From: an uncultured Planctomycetia bacterium
GTDB lineage: Bacteria; Omnitrophota; Gorgyraeia; 2-01-FULL-45-10; JAHFGN01
Length of the DNA: 64,000 bases
Direction of reading: 5' to 3'
NCBI GenBank assembly: GCA_964354545.1
Contig: CAYHAE010000002.1
Span: forward strand, 3,847-67,846
The notes under the pieces were generated by a model. That model was not told where the DNA came from. It made no database searches and saw only the letters and a list, made by a program, of their open reading frames with translations. Shown here one piece after another: positions 1-8,604 of the stretch (position 1 is its first letter; every line of letters begins with the position of its first letter). Made by a program: the position numbers and the translations under genes.

Positions 1-330
1 ATTGTTGAGCTCACCGAGAAGAAGATCGTTGAGAAGGCGCCCAAGAAGAAAAAGGCCGCTCCTCCAGAGAAAGAGAAGGCAGCGCCTGAGACCGAGGCCA
101 CGGCCGTGCAGCCCTCCGGGAAGGTTAAGGAAGGGCCTGCGAGGCCCAAGGGAGAACCCAAGCATCGCGAGGGGCCAAAGCCGAAGGCCGTTCCCAAGTC
201 GAAGCCGACCCTCGAAGAGGAGAGAGCGAGAGAGAAGGCAAAGACAGAAGGGAAGAGGTTCGAGGAGAAGAAGGGCGGCTTCCTCAAGCAGTTGCGGGGA
301 CGCTTCAGAAAGAGGGGTACCGACACATAG
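1..330 (+). CDS. 3' part of a gene, probably 50S ribosomal protein L17 with a long Lys/Glu/Pro-rich C-terminal extension (5'-truncated by window)
   Basis: Frame 1 is open from base 1 (IVELTEKKIVEKAPKKKK...GGFLKQLRGRFRKRGTDT*). IVELTE resembles the end of the L17 core, but only a few residues support this. Confidence 0.5.
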   Translation: MVELTEKKIVEKAPKKKKAAPPEKEKAAPETEATAVQPSGKVKEGPARPKGEPKHREGPKPKAVPKSKPTLEEERAREKAKTEGKRFEEKKGGFLKQLRGRFRKRGTDT

Positions 331-467
331 CGGGAGCGGGCCCCTTGCCATCCTCGAGCGTGTCTTACGCGAGCCCTTTTCGAAATTACCTCCATTCTTT
401 TATGAACACCTCGTGTTCTACCGCATAATTTCCCCAAAATAATCCATACTGTAAGGGATTTTTCTGC

Positions 468-496
468 TTGTCATATGGGCATGATTATGATATTAT
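468..496 (+). promoter_or_regulatory. sigma70-type promoter for the aminotransferase operon
   Basis: TTGTCA-17 nt-TATTAT with extended -10 TG. Confidence 0.6.
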
Positions 497-499
497 CTA

Positions 500-521
500 A
501 TCCCATACATATCCCATACAT
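500..521. repeat. tandem 11-bp direct repeat ATCCCATACAT x2, candidate operator
   Basis: Exact copies at 500-510 and 511-521, just downstream of the -10 box. Confidence 0.6.
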
Positions 522-535
522 AAAAGAGATAAAAA

Positions 536-1708
536 ATGTTGTCCTTATCGAAAAATATCGCGAAAATAACTTCGTCAGTGACCCTTGACATCACCGCCAA
601 GGCAAAGAAGATGGCGAAGAGCGGCATCGACGTGGTGAACTTCGGCGCAGGAGAGCCTGATTTCGATACGCCGGAGCACATCAAAAAGGCCGCGATACGT
701 GCCATAGAGGAAGGATTCACGAAGTACACCCCGTCGAGCGGTATGCCGGAGCTGAGAGAGGCCATTGCACGAAAGTTCAAAGCGGACAACGGTGTGGAGT
801 ATCGGGCCTCCCAGATCGTCGTATCGTGCGGCGCGAAGCACTCCCTCTACAATATTTTCGCAGCCCTCGTCAATGAAGGCGACGAAGTTATCATCCCGGC
901 GCCGTATTGGGTAAGCTATCCCGAGATGGTGAAGGCGCAGGGCGGAGTGCCCGTATACCTCGAGACTTCCCCCGAAACCAATTTCAAAGTCACCGAACCG
1001 CTCCTGAAGAAAAAGCTTACGAAAAGGACGAAGGCGTTCATCCTCAACAGCCCCTCCAACCCTACCGGGTGCGTCTACCGCAGCGAAGAGCTTCGATTCA
1101 TCGCAGAGCACGCGGTACGGCACGGTTTCTATGTCGTGAGCGACGAGATCTACGAGAAGCTCATCTATGACGGCGCGCGGCATATATCGATCGCGTCGCT
1201 CGGGAAGGATGTCTGCGAGAGGACGATCGTCGTGAACGGGGTTTCGAAAAGCTACTCGATGACCGGCTGGAGGATCGGATATGCAGCGGGACCGGATGCG
1301 ATCATGGAATCGATCTCCAGCTTCCAGAGCCATACCACCTCAAACCCGACTTCCGTGAGCCAAAAGGCCGCGCTCTGTGCGCTTGAGTCCGACCAGTCGT
1401 GCGTCGAGACGATGCGTGCCGAATTCGAAAAGAGGCGCACCTCCATGGTCGAAAGGATCAGGCGCATCAAAGGCTTATCGTGCGTAAAACCGGACGGCGC
1501 CTTCTATGTGTTCTGCGATATATCCGGGCTCGGGATAGATTCCGCGGGGCTTGCGAACGCGCTGCTCGATGGCGTGCACGTCGCGGTGGTGCCGGGTTCT
1601 GGGTTCGGCGCAGATTCATTTCTACGGCTCAGCTTCGCCACGAGCATGGAGAGGATCGCCGAGGGCCTCGATAGGATCGACCGGTGGGTGCGTGAGAGGA
1701 AGGCGTGA
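536..1708 (+). CDS. aspC: class I PLP-dependent aminotransferase (aspartate aminotransferase type)
   Basis: GAGEPDFDTP, NSPSNPTG, SDEIYEKL and PLP-lysine motif SKSYSMTGWRIGY. Confidence 0.88.
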   Translation: MLSLSKNIAKITSSVTLDITAKAKKMAKSGIDVVNFGAGEPDFDTPEHIKKAAIRAIEEGFTKYTPSSGMPELREAIARKFKADNGVEYRASQIVVSCGAKHSLYNIFAALVNEGDEVIIPAPYWVSYPEMVKAQGGVPVYLETSPETNFKVTEPLLKKKLTKRTKAFILNSPSNPTGCVYRSEELRFIAEHAVRHGFYVVSDEIYEKLIYDGARHISIASLGKDVCERTIVVNGVSKSYSMTGWRIGYAAGPDAIMESISSFQSHTTSNPTSVSQKAALCALESDQSCVETMRAEFEKRRTSMVERIRRIKGLSCVKPDGAFYVFCDISGLGIDSAGLANALLDGVHVAVVPGSGFGADSFLRLSFATSMERIAEGLDRIDRWVRERKA

Positions 1709-1709
1709 C

Positions 1710-2975
1710 ATGGGCAAGACGATCGCAGAAAAGATACTCGGCTCACATGCCGCCAGAGACGTAAAGGCAGGCGACATCGTCGTGTGTAACGTCGATTACT
1801 GCTTTGGCCAGGACGGGACGAGCTCCATCATCATCGACAGCTTCAGGAAGCTCGGCGTGAAAGCGGTCTTCGACGCGTCAAAGTTCTGCATGGTGATCGA
1901 CCACAGTGCACCGAGCCCGGAGATAGGCGTCTCGGAGATCCACAAGAAGATGCGCTGTTTCGCGAGGGAGATGGGCGTCGGTCTGTACGATGCAGGCTGC
2001 GGCGTCTGCCATCAGCTCATACCGCAGAACGGGCACGTGACGTGCGGGGACCTGGTCCTCGGGGCGGACTCGCACACGTGTACCTACGGCGCGATCAACG
2101 TATTCTCCACCGGCGTCGGCTCAACGGACCTCGCCATCGCGCTCGCGAGCGGCAAGAACTGGTTCAGGGTGCCGGAAACGATGAAGATCATCGTGAAGGG
2201 GACGCTGCCGAAAGGGGTCTACTCGAAGGACATCATCCTCCACATCATCAAGAAAGTCACGGCGAACGGTGCGACCTATAAGTCGGTCGAATTCGCCGGC
2301 GATGCGATCTCGGATTTGAGCGTCGACGCACGCTTTACCATTGCGAATATGGCGGTCGAGATGGGCGCAAAATGCGGTCTCATGGACGCTGACGATAAAG
2401 TGCTGAAGTGGCTCGCGAAGAGGCCTTCGAAGAGAGAGCCGAGGACCGTCGCCGCCGACATCGATGCGCGGTACAGCTCCATCAAAGAGCACGATATCTC
2501 GAACCTCTCTCCCCAGGTTGCAAAACCGCACACGGTAGACACTGTGTCGCCGGTGGAAGAGGTGGAGGGCCTGAGGATAGACGAGGCGTACCTCGGGACG
2601 TGTACGAACGGGCGTCTCGAGGACATAGAGATCGCCTGCAGGATCCTCAAGGGGCACAGGGTCCACCCCGATGTCAAATTCATCGTCGCACCCGCATCAA
2701 AGGAGATTTATCTCGAGGCTGTCAAAAAAGGGTTCATAGAGGTCCTCGCGGAGTCAGGATGCGCGGTGGTGGGGCCGGGGTGCGGCCCGTGCGTAGGGAC
2801 GCATAACGGTGTGCCCGCTGACGGAGAAGTCGCGATCTCGACGGCGAACAGGAACTTCAAGGGCAGGATGGGGAACCCGAACGCCTTCATCTATCTTGCG
2901 AGCCCCGCGACGGTGACGGCGTCCGCCATCGCCGGCGCAATCCGAGACCCGCGGCACTACAAGAAGAGGTTGTGA
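1710..2975 (+). CDS. leuC: 3-isopropylmalate dehydratase/homoaconitase-family large subunit
   Basis: Starts MGKTIAEKIL at ATG 1710; GADSHTCTYGA, GTCTNGR, CGPCVG, STANRNFKGRMG. Substrate uncertain. Confidence 0.85.
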   Translation: MGKTIAEKILGSHAARDVKAGDIVVCNVDYCFGQDGTSSIIIDSFRKLGVKAVFDASKFCMVIDHSAPSPEIGVSEIHKKMRCFAREMGVGLYDAGCGVCHQLIPQNGHVTCGDLVLGADSHTCTYGAINVFSTGVGSTDLAIALASGKNWFRVPETMKIIVKGTLPKGVYSKDIILHIIKKVTANGATYKSVEFAGDAISDLSVDARFTIANMAVEMGAKCGLMDADDKVLKWLAKRPSKREPRTVAADIDARYSSIKEHDISNLSPQVAKPHTVDTVSPVEEVEGLRIDEAYLGTCTNGRLEDIEIACRILKGHRVHPDVKFIVAPASKEIYLEAVKKGFIEVLAESGCAVVGPGCGPCVGTHNGVPADGEVAISTANRNFKGRMGNPNAFIYLASPATVTASAIAGAIRDPRHYKKRL

Positions 2976-2978
2976 GCC

Positions 2979-3494
2979 ATGCCTAAACATTTCGCGAGGC
3001 GTCTCCTGAAGATACAGGACAATATCAATACCGATTACGTCATATCGGGGAGATACAAGTTCAAGATCCAAAACCCGCGGGAGCTCGCGGGGCACATCTT
3101 TGAGGATGTAGACCCCACGTTCGCGTCTCGAGTGAAAAAAGGAGACTTTCTCATCGCGGGTGAAAACTTCGGGTGCGGCTCTTCGCGCGAACAGGCGCCG
3201 CAGGCGCTCAAGGCGGCGGGGATCGAGGCGGTGGTGGCGAAGAGCTTCGCGAGGATATTTTACAGGAACGCGTTCAACATAGGGCTCCTCCTCGTGGAGA
3301 CCCAGACGCAGCATATCGACGACGGCGATGAGCTCGAGATCGATCTCGGCACGAGCAAGCTGAAGGATAAGAGCAACGGACTCATACTCGACATCAAACC
3401 CACCCCGAAGCTTATGAGGACCTTCCTGGAAGACGGAGGGGTAGTCGGGCATTTTAAAAAATACGGGGGATTTCGAATTGAAAGCGTCTCATAG
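2979..3494 (+). CDS. leuD: 3-isopropylmalate dehydratase/homoaconitase-family small subunit
   Basis: DNINTDYVI, GENFGCGSSREQA, SFARIFYRNAFNIG. Confidence 0.85.
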   Translation: MPKHFARRLLKIQDNINTDYVISGRYKFKIQNPRELAGHIFEDVDPTFASRVKKGDFLIAGENFGCGSSREQAPQALKAAGIEAVVAKSFARIFYRNAFNIGLLLVETQTQHIDDGDELEIDLGTSKLKDKSNGLILDIKPTPKLMRTFLEDGGVVGHFKKYGGFRIESVS

Positions 3495-4569
3495 GGTTAC
3501 CCTCATCCCCGGGGACGGGACGGGACCCGAACTCGCCGACGCGGCGAGGCGCTGCCTTGAAGCGACCGGCATCGCGTTCGACTGGGATATCCAGGACGCG
3601 GGCGAGTCCAGCATAGAGAAATACAACACCCCGCTCCCCACCCATCTGCTCGAGTCAATCAAGAAGAATAGATGCGCGCTGAAAGGACCCATCACGACGC
3701 CTGTGGGAGGCGGATTCAGGAGCGTGAACGTCGAATTGAGAAAGGCGCTCGACCTCTACGCCTGCCTGAGACCCTGCAAGAGCTATGAGGGCGTGAGGTC
3801 TCACTACAAAGACATTGACCTTGTCATCGTGAGGGAAAATACAGAAGACCTCTACGCGGGTATCGAGTTCGCGCACTCAAGCCCCGACGCGGAAAAGGTG
3901 ATCGAGGTCATCGAGGACGTGAGCCGAAAATCCATCAGACGGGGTTCCGCCATCAGCATAAAGCCGATATCGGAGTTCGGAACGCGACGGATCGTGAAGT
4001 TCGCATTTGACTACGCGCTCTCCCATTCGAGGAAGAAGGTCACCTGTGTCCACAAGGCGAATATTATGAAATATACGGACGGGCTCTTTCTCGAAGTTGC
4101 CCGGGATGTGGCGCGGACCTATGAGGGACGAATTGCGTTCGACGACAGGATCGTCGACAACATGTGCATGCAGCTCGTCCAGAAACCCGAAGAGTATGAC
4201 GTCCTCGTCCTTCCGAACCTCTACGGAGATATCATATCTGACCTCGCGGCGGGTCTCGTCGGAGGCCTCGGCGTGGCGCCGGGTGCGAATATCGGCAGCG
4301 AGGTCGCGGTCTTTGAGCCGACGCACGGGAGTGCGCCGAAGTACAAGGGAAGAAATAAGGTGAACCCGGCCGCCATCCTCCTTTCTGCGTGCATGATGCT
4401 CGACTACCTCGGCGAGGAACGCGCTGCGCGCAGGCTCGAAAGGGCGACCGCGCAGGTGATAAGGGACGGCCGGTCCGTGACCTATGACCTGAAGGCGGAC
4501 AGGAACGACCCGAGCGCCGTCGGGACGAGCGAGATGGCAGATGCGGTCATAAAGGCGATGAAGAGATGA
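3478..4569 (+). CDS. isocitrate/isopropylmalate dehydrogenase family protein (NAD-IDH-like)
   Basis: IPGDGTGPE, KGPITTPVGGGFRSVNV, VHKANIMK, PNLYGDIISDL, FEPTHGSAP. Confidence 0.88.
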   Translation: MKASHRVTLIPGDGTGPELADAARRCLEATGIAFDWDIQDAGESSIEKYNTPLPTHLLESIKKNRCALKGPITTPVGGGFRSVNVELRKALDLYACLRPCKSYEGVRSHYKDIDLVIVRENTEDLYAGIEFAHSSPDAEKVIEVIEDVSRKSIRRGSAISIKPISEFGTRRIVKFAFDYALSHSRKKVTCVHKANIMKYTDGLFLEVARDVARTYEGRIAFDDRIVDNMCMQLVQKPEEYDVLVLPNLYGDIISDLAAGLVGGLGVAPGANIGSEVAVFEPTHGSAPKYKGRNKVNPAAILLSACMMLDYLGEERAARRLERATAQVIRDGRSVTYDLKADRNDPSAVGTSEMADAVIKAMKR

Positions 4570-5507
4570 AGGGGCGTTCTGTCGATAAGGTCGCGGTCAT
4601 CGGCGCAGGCAACGTCGGCGCCACCCTCGCGATGAGGATTGTCGAGAGCGGCCTCGCCGACGCGGTACTCGTGGACATCGAGAGGCCGATCGCAGAGGGC
4701 AAGGCGCTTGACGTGGCGGATACGGCCGGCATCGTGAGGGGCGCGAGGTCTATCGTCGGGACCGATGAGTATTCCCACATACAAGGTTCAAAGGTCGTCG
4801 CCATCACGGCGGGTCTCGCCCGTAAGCCGGGGATGAGCCGTGACGACCTCGTGTCGAAGAACGCCGCCATCGTGAAAGGTGTCGTTGAAAAGGTGAGGAT
4901 GAATGCGCCGGAGGCCGTCATCGTCGTCGTCACGAATCCGCTCGATGCGATGACGTATCTCGCGTACAAGGCGAGCTCCTTCGGCAGGGAGAGGGTTCTG
5001 GGCATGGCGGGCCTTTTGGACGAGTCGCGTTTTATCGGTGTGATCGCGCGCGAGCTCAAGGTGAGTCCGGGCGATGTGAGGACGGTCATCATGGGCAGCC
5101 ACGGCGACACCATGGTTCCCATACTCTCGCACACCACGGTCGGAAAGAAGGACCTGCGGGCCCTCATGCCGAAGGAGAAGATCGACGAACTCATACGCAC
5201 TACCCGGTCGAGAGGCGCCCAGATTGTAAACCTGCTAGGCTCAGGGAGCGCATACTACTCACCGGCGCTTGCGACATTCAAGATGGTAGAGGCCGTCATG
5301 AAAGACACGAAAGAGGTGATCACCGCCTCGTGCTATCTTGAAGGAGAATACGGCTTCAATGACATCTGCATCGGGGTCCCTGTCCGAGTGGGGAGGAAGG
5401 GCATAGAATCCGTGGTTGAGCTCACGCTCACCGAAGACGAGAAGGCGGCGCTCGGGGAATCCGCGCGCGCGCTGCGCCGCGTCATCGAATCATTATCCCT
5501 CTCGTAA
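4566..5507 (+). CDS. mdh: malate dehydrogenase (LDH-like type)
   Basis: GAGNVG, TAGLARKPGMSRDDL, VTNPLD, HGDTMVP, GSAYYSP. Confidence 0.92.
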   Translation: MKGRSVDKVAVIGAGNVGATLAMRIVESGLADAVLVDIERPIAEGKALDVADTAGIVRGARSIVGTDEYSHIQGSKVVAITAGLARKPGMSRDDLVSKNAAIVKGVVEKVRMNAPEAVIVVVTNPLDAMTYLAYKASSFGRERVLGMAGLLDESRFIGVIARELKVSPGDVRTVIMGSHGDTMVPILSHTTVGKKDLRALMPKEKIDELIRTTRSRGAQIVNLLGSGSAYYSPALATFKMVEAVMKDTKEVITASCYLEGEYGFNDICIGVPVRVGRKGIESVVELTLTEDEKAALGESARALRRVIESLSLS

Positions 5508-5509
5508 AT

Positions 5510-6874
5510 ATGAAGCATTACGATCTTGCCATTCTGGGTGCCGGGCCGGGAGGCTACACGAGTGCGATCTATGCCTCCAGGCTCGGGCTCACGGTGTGTC
5601 TCGTCGAGAAAGACCTCCTCGGAGGGACGTGCCTCAACCGCGGATGCATACCCACAAAAGTCATGCTCAATGCCGCAAAGCTCCTCGGGTCTGTCCGAGA
5701 CTCAAGCGCCTACGGGATCGCGGTCAAGGACTGCCAGTTCCTGCCCGAGCAGCTATTCCGTAAGATGGACGAGGTCGTATTAAAATTGAGGTCCGGGGTC
5801 TCCTCGCTCTTAAAGGCAAATAAGGTCGACCTGATAAAGGGGCGCGGCAGGTTAAAGGCGAAGGGCGTGATCGACCTTGGCGGCGATGAGATAGGGGCGC
5901 GCACCATCATCATCGCGACCGGCTCCTCTCCGCGAACGCTCGAGGGCCTCGGGTTTGACGGCATCAACATTCTATCGAGCGAGGACGTCCTCGCAATGAG
6001 GAAGATTCCCAAGAGCCTCCTCGTCGTCGGGGGCGGCGCCATCGGATGCGAGTTTTCTCAGTTTTACAGCGCCGTCGGCGTAAGGGTCGCTATCGTCGAG
6101 TTCATGGAGACCTTGCTTCCGAATCTGGGCAGGGAGATCGGCAGGAAGATGGAGGCCCTCTTCAAAAAAAGGGGGATAGAGGTCCATACCTCTACCAAGG
6201 TGGAACGTGTTGATGTAAGGGAGGGCGTGTGCGAGGCGACCCTTTCGGACTCCTCCGCGGTCGAGTCAGAGGCGGTCCTCGTGTCCGTGGGCCGGGCGTT
6301 CAATTCGAACGACCTGGGCCTTGAAGCGCTCGGCATCGCCATCGACAGGGGAAGGATCGTTGTCGACGAGTACCTGGAGACGAACGCGAAGGGAGTTTAT
6401 GCGATAGGGGACGTGATCGGAGGCCCGATGCTCGCCCACGCCGCCTCATACGAGGGAATGCTCGTGTGTGACACCATTGCGGGAAAAAGGAAGAAGGTCA
6501 GCTTCTCGTCCATCCCGAACTGTATCTACACGGATCCCGAAATCGCTACATGCGGGCTGCAGGAAGAGGAGGCGCGGAAGGCCTTTCCGGACTGCAAGGT
6601 AGCGAAGTTCCCATATCTGGCGTCGAGCAAGGCGCACGTCCTCGGCAAGACGGAAGGCTTCATTAAGATCATCGGCGACGCGCGCGGCAGAGTGCTGGGT
6701 ATCGAGATCTTCGGTGAAGACGCATGCAATCTGATCGGCGAGGCGAGCCTCGCGGTGGCGCTCGGTGCGGATGTCGAGGGCATCGCAGGCGCGGTCCATG
6801 GCCATCCGACCCTCTCGGAGATATTCGGCGAGGCGGGCCATCTCTTTTTAGGAAAGGCAATCCATACGTTATGA
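5510..6874 (+). CDS. lpdA: dihydrolipoyl dehydrogenase (E3)
   Basis: GAGPGGY, GGTCLNRGCIPTK redox disulfide, GGGAIGCE, HPTLSE. Confidence 0.92.
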   Translation: MKHYDLAILGAGPGGYTSAIYASRLGLTVCLVEKDLLGGTCLNRGCIPTKVMLNAAKLLGSVRDSSAYGIAVKDCQFLPEQLFRKMDEVVLKLRSGVSSLLKANKVDLIKGRGRLKAKGVIDLGGDEIGARTIIIATGSSPRTLEGLGFDGINILSSEDVLAMRKIPKSLLVVGGGAIGCEFSQFYSAVGVRVAIVEFMETLLPNLGREIGRKMEALFKKRGIEVHTSTKVERVDVREGVCEATLSDSSAVESEAVLVSVGRAFNSNDLGLEALGIAIDRGRIVVDEYLETNAKGVYAIGDVIGGPMLAHAASYEGMLVCDTIAGKRKKVSFSSIPNCIYTDPEIATCGLQEEEARKAFPDCKVAKFPYLASSKAHVLGKTEGFIKIIGDARGRVLGIEIFGEDACNLIGEASLAVALGADVEGIAGAVHGHPTLSEIFGEAGHLFLGKAIHTL

Positions 6875-7533
6875 TAGTAGACTTGGGGCTCGTGGATTAC
6901 GAAGAAGCGTACAGGGTTCAGCTCGATATGGTGGTGCGCAGGCGGCTCCATGAGATCGATGACTCCCTCGTCATCGCCGAGCACAATGCGGTGATAACGA
7001 TCGGGAGGAGCGGCGCGAAGACCAGATCGGAGAACCTCCTCGTTGACGAGGATGTCCTCGGTGAATACGGGATCAAGGTCCTCACGGTCGACAGAGGCGG
7101 GGATATCACCCTGCACGCACCGGGCCAGCTCATTGTTTACCCGATTGTCGATCTCAAGAGAAAGGCGCGGGACCTCCACCTCTACATGCGGAACCTGGAG
7201 GATGCGATCATAGACTGCGTAAGACATTTCAACATCTCTGCTTTCAGAGTCCCCACGAAGACAGGCGTGTGGGTCACGGTTACCGAGAAGATCGCCTCCA
7301 TCGGCATCGCCTCGGTGGACTGGGTTACCTACCATGGCCTGAGCCTCAACGTCAACGTCAACCTGGAATATTTCACCATGATAAGGTTATGCGGTTTTAA
7401 GGATGTAGAGGCTACATCCATGAAAGAGGTGCTGAGGAAGGGCGTGGACATAGAAGAGGTGAAGCACGTGATGGTAAAGAGCTTGGGCAGACGTCTGGGT
7501 ATCAGCGATGACGCATTTTCCGGCCTGGCTTAA
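6871..7533 (+). CDS. lipB: octanoyltransferase LipB
   Basis: ATG 6871 overlaps the lpdA stop; EHNAVITIGR, DRGGDITLHAPGQL, KIASIGI, YHGLSLNV, IRLCG. Confidence 0.9.
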   Translation: MIVDLGLVDYEEAYRVQLDMVVRRRLHEIDDSLVIAEHNAVITIGRSGAKTRSENLLVDEDVLGEYGIKVLTVDRGGDITLHAPGQLIVYPIVDLKRKARDLHLYMRNLEDAIIDCVRHFNISAFRVPTKTGVWVTVTEKIASIGIASVDWVTYHGLSLNVNVNLEYFTMIRLCGFKDVEATSMKEVLRKGVDIEEVKHVMVKSLGRRLGISDDAFSGLA

Positions 7534-8371
7534 AAAGACGCTCTCGTTCGACGGCGCAGTGCACGAGACGAAAGAGGTCCTTGCGCGCTCGGGTGCGAAG
7601 ACGGTATGCGAGTCTGCCCTCTGCCCGAATTTGAACGAGTGTTATGCGAAGCGGTCCGTCACGTTCCTCATACTGGGAGATAGGTGCACAAGGGCGTGCG
7701 CCTTCTGTGCGGCACGGCACGGAGAGGCGCTCCCGCCCGATCCTGAGGAACCCAAGAGGGTCGCGGATGCCCTTGAGCGCCTCGGCGCGCGGCACACGGT
7801 CATCACCTCTGTGACGCGCGACGATCTTGATGACGGCGGCGCGGGGCATTTTGTGCGCGTGGTGGACGGGATCCGTTCGCGCCTGCACGATATCACGATA
7901 GAGCTCCTCATTCCGGATTTTCGCGGCGACCGGAACGCCACGGGACGTGTCTGCCTCGCATCTCCCGACGTCCTCGGACACAACGTGGAAACGGTACCCC
8001 GGCTCTACAGCACCGTCCGGCCAGGGGCGGACTACAGGCGGTCGCTCTCGGTACTGAGGTGGGCAAAGGAGTGCGCGCCAAGGGCTCTTATAAAGAGCTC
8101 GATAGTGCTTGGTTTCGGCGAAGAGAGGCCTGAGGTCGTGGAGTGCATGGAGGACTTGAGGAGCGCAGGATGCGATATGATCACGATCGGCCAGTACCTT
8201 CGCCCTTCTCCCCGCCAGATCCCTGTGGCGAGGTTTGTCAGACCCGAAGAATTTTCTTCATTTGAGGACACGGCGTATGCGATAGGCTTTACTCGCGTCT
8301 CCAGCGGACCTTTCGTGCGCAGCTCCTATGAGGCGCACGAGCATGCGAAGAAAGGAGAGGTGCGGATATGA
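7508..8371 (+). CDS. lipA: lipoyl synthase
   Basis: CESALCPNLNEC (CX4CX5C), CTRACAFC radical SAM motif, HNVETV, VRSSY. Confidence 0.95.
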   Translation: MTHFPAWLKKTLSFDGAVHETKEVLARSGAKTVCESALCPNLNECYAKRSVTFLILGDRCTRACAFCAARHGEALPPDPEEPKRVADALERLGARHTVITSVTRDDLDDGGAGHFVRVVDGIRSRLHDITIELLIPDFRGDRNATGRVCLASPDVLGHNVETVPRLYSTVRPGADYRRSLSVLRWAKECAPRALIKSSIVLGFGEERPEVVECMEDLRSAGCDMITIGQYLRPSPRQIPVARFVRPEEFSSFEDTAYAIGFTRVSSGPFVRSSYEAHEHAKKGEVRI

Positions 8372-8604
8372 AAGACGTGGCTCTGCCTCCATTAGCGGAG
8401 GGGGTGAACACCGCAACGGTTTCCTACATCTATGTCAAGAAAGGAGATGTTGTCAAAGAGGGCGACAACCTCCTCGAGCTCGTGACAGATAAGGCGACGT
8501 TCAATCTTCCCTCGCCCTGTCCCGGTGCCATCGCCGATATGCTCTGCAACGAGGGCGACCAGGTGAACGTCGGTCAGGTGCTCATGCACATAGAAGGACA
8601 ATGA
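8368..8604 (+). CDS. stand-alone E2-type lipoyl domain protein (78 aa)
   Basis: LPPLAEGV...VKKGDVVKEGDNLLELVTDKATFNLPSP with the DKA lipoyl-lysine; GGAG RBS. Confidence 0.88.
   Translation: MKDVALPPLAEGVNTATVSYIYVKKGDVVKEGDNLLELVTDKATFNLPSPCPGAIADMLCNEGDQVNVGQVLMHIEGQ

Noticed and set aside
2-442. 146-aa Arg-rich ORF in frame 2
   Set aside because: Out-of-frame reading of the Lys/Glu-rich frame-1 gene
1551-1709. N-terminal extensions in the ORF track (leuC; also lipB, helicase, YyaL, carA)
   Set aside because: They overlap upstream genes or repeats; family-typical starts with RBS lie downstream
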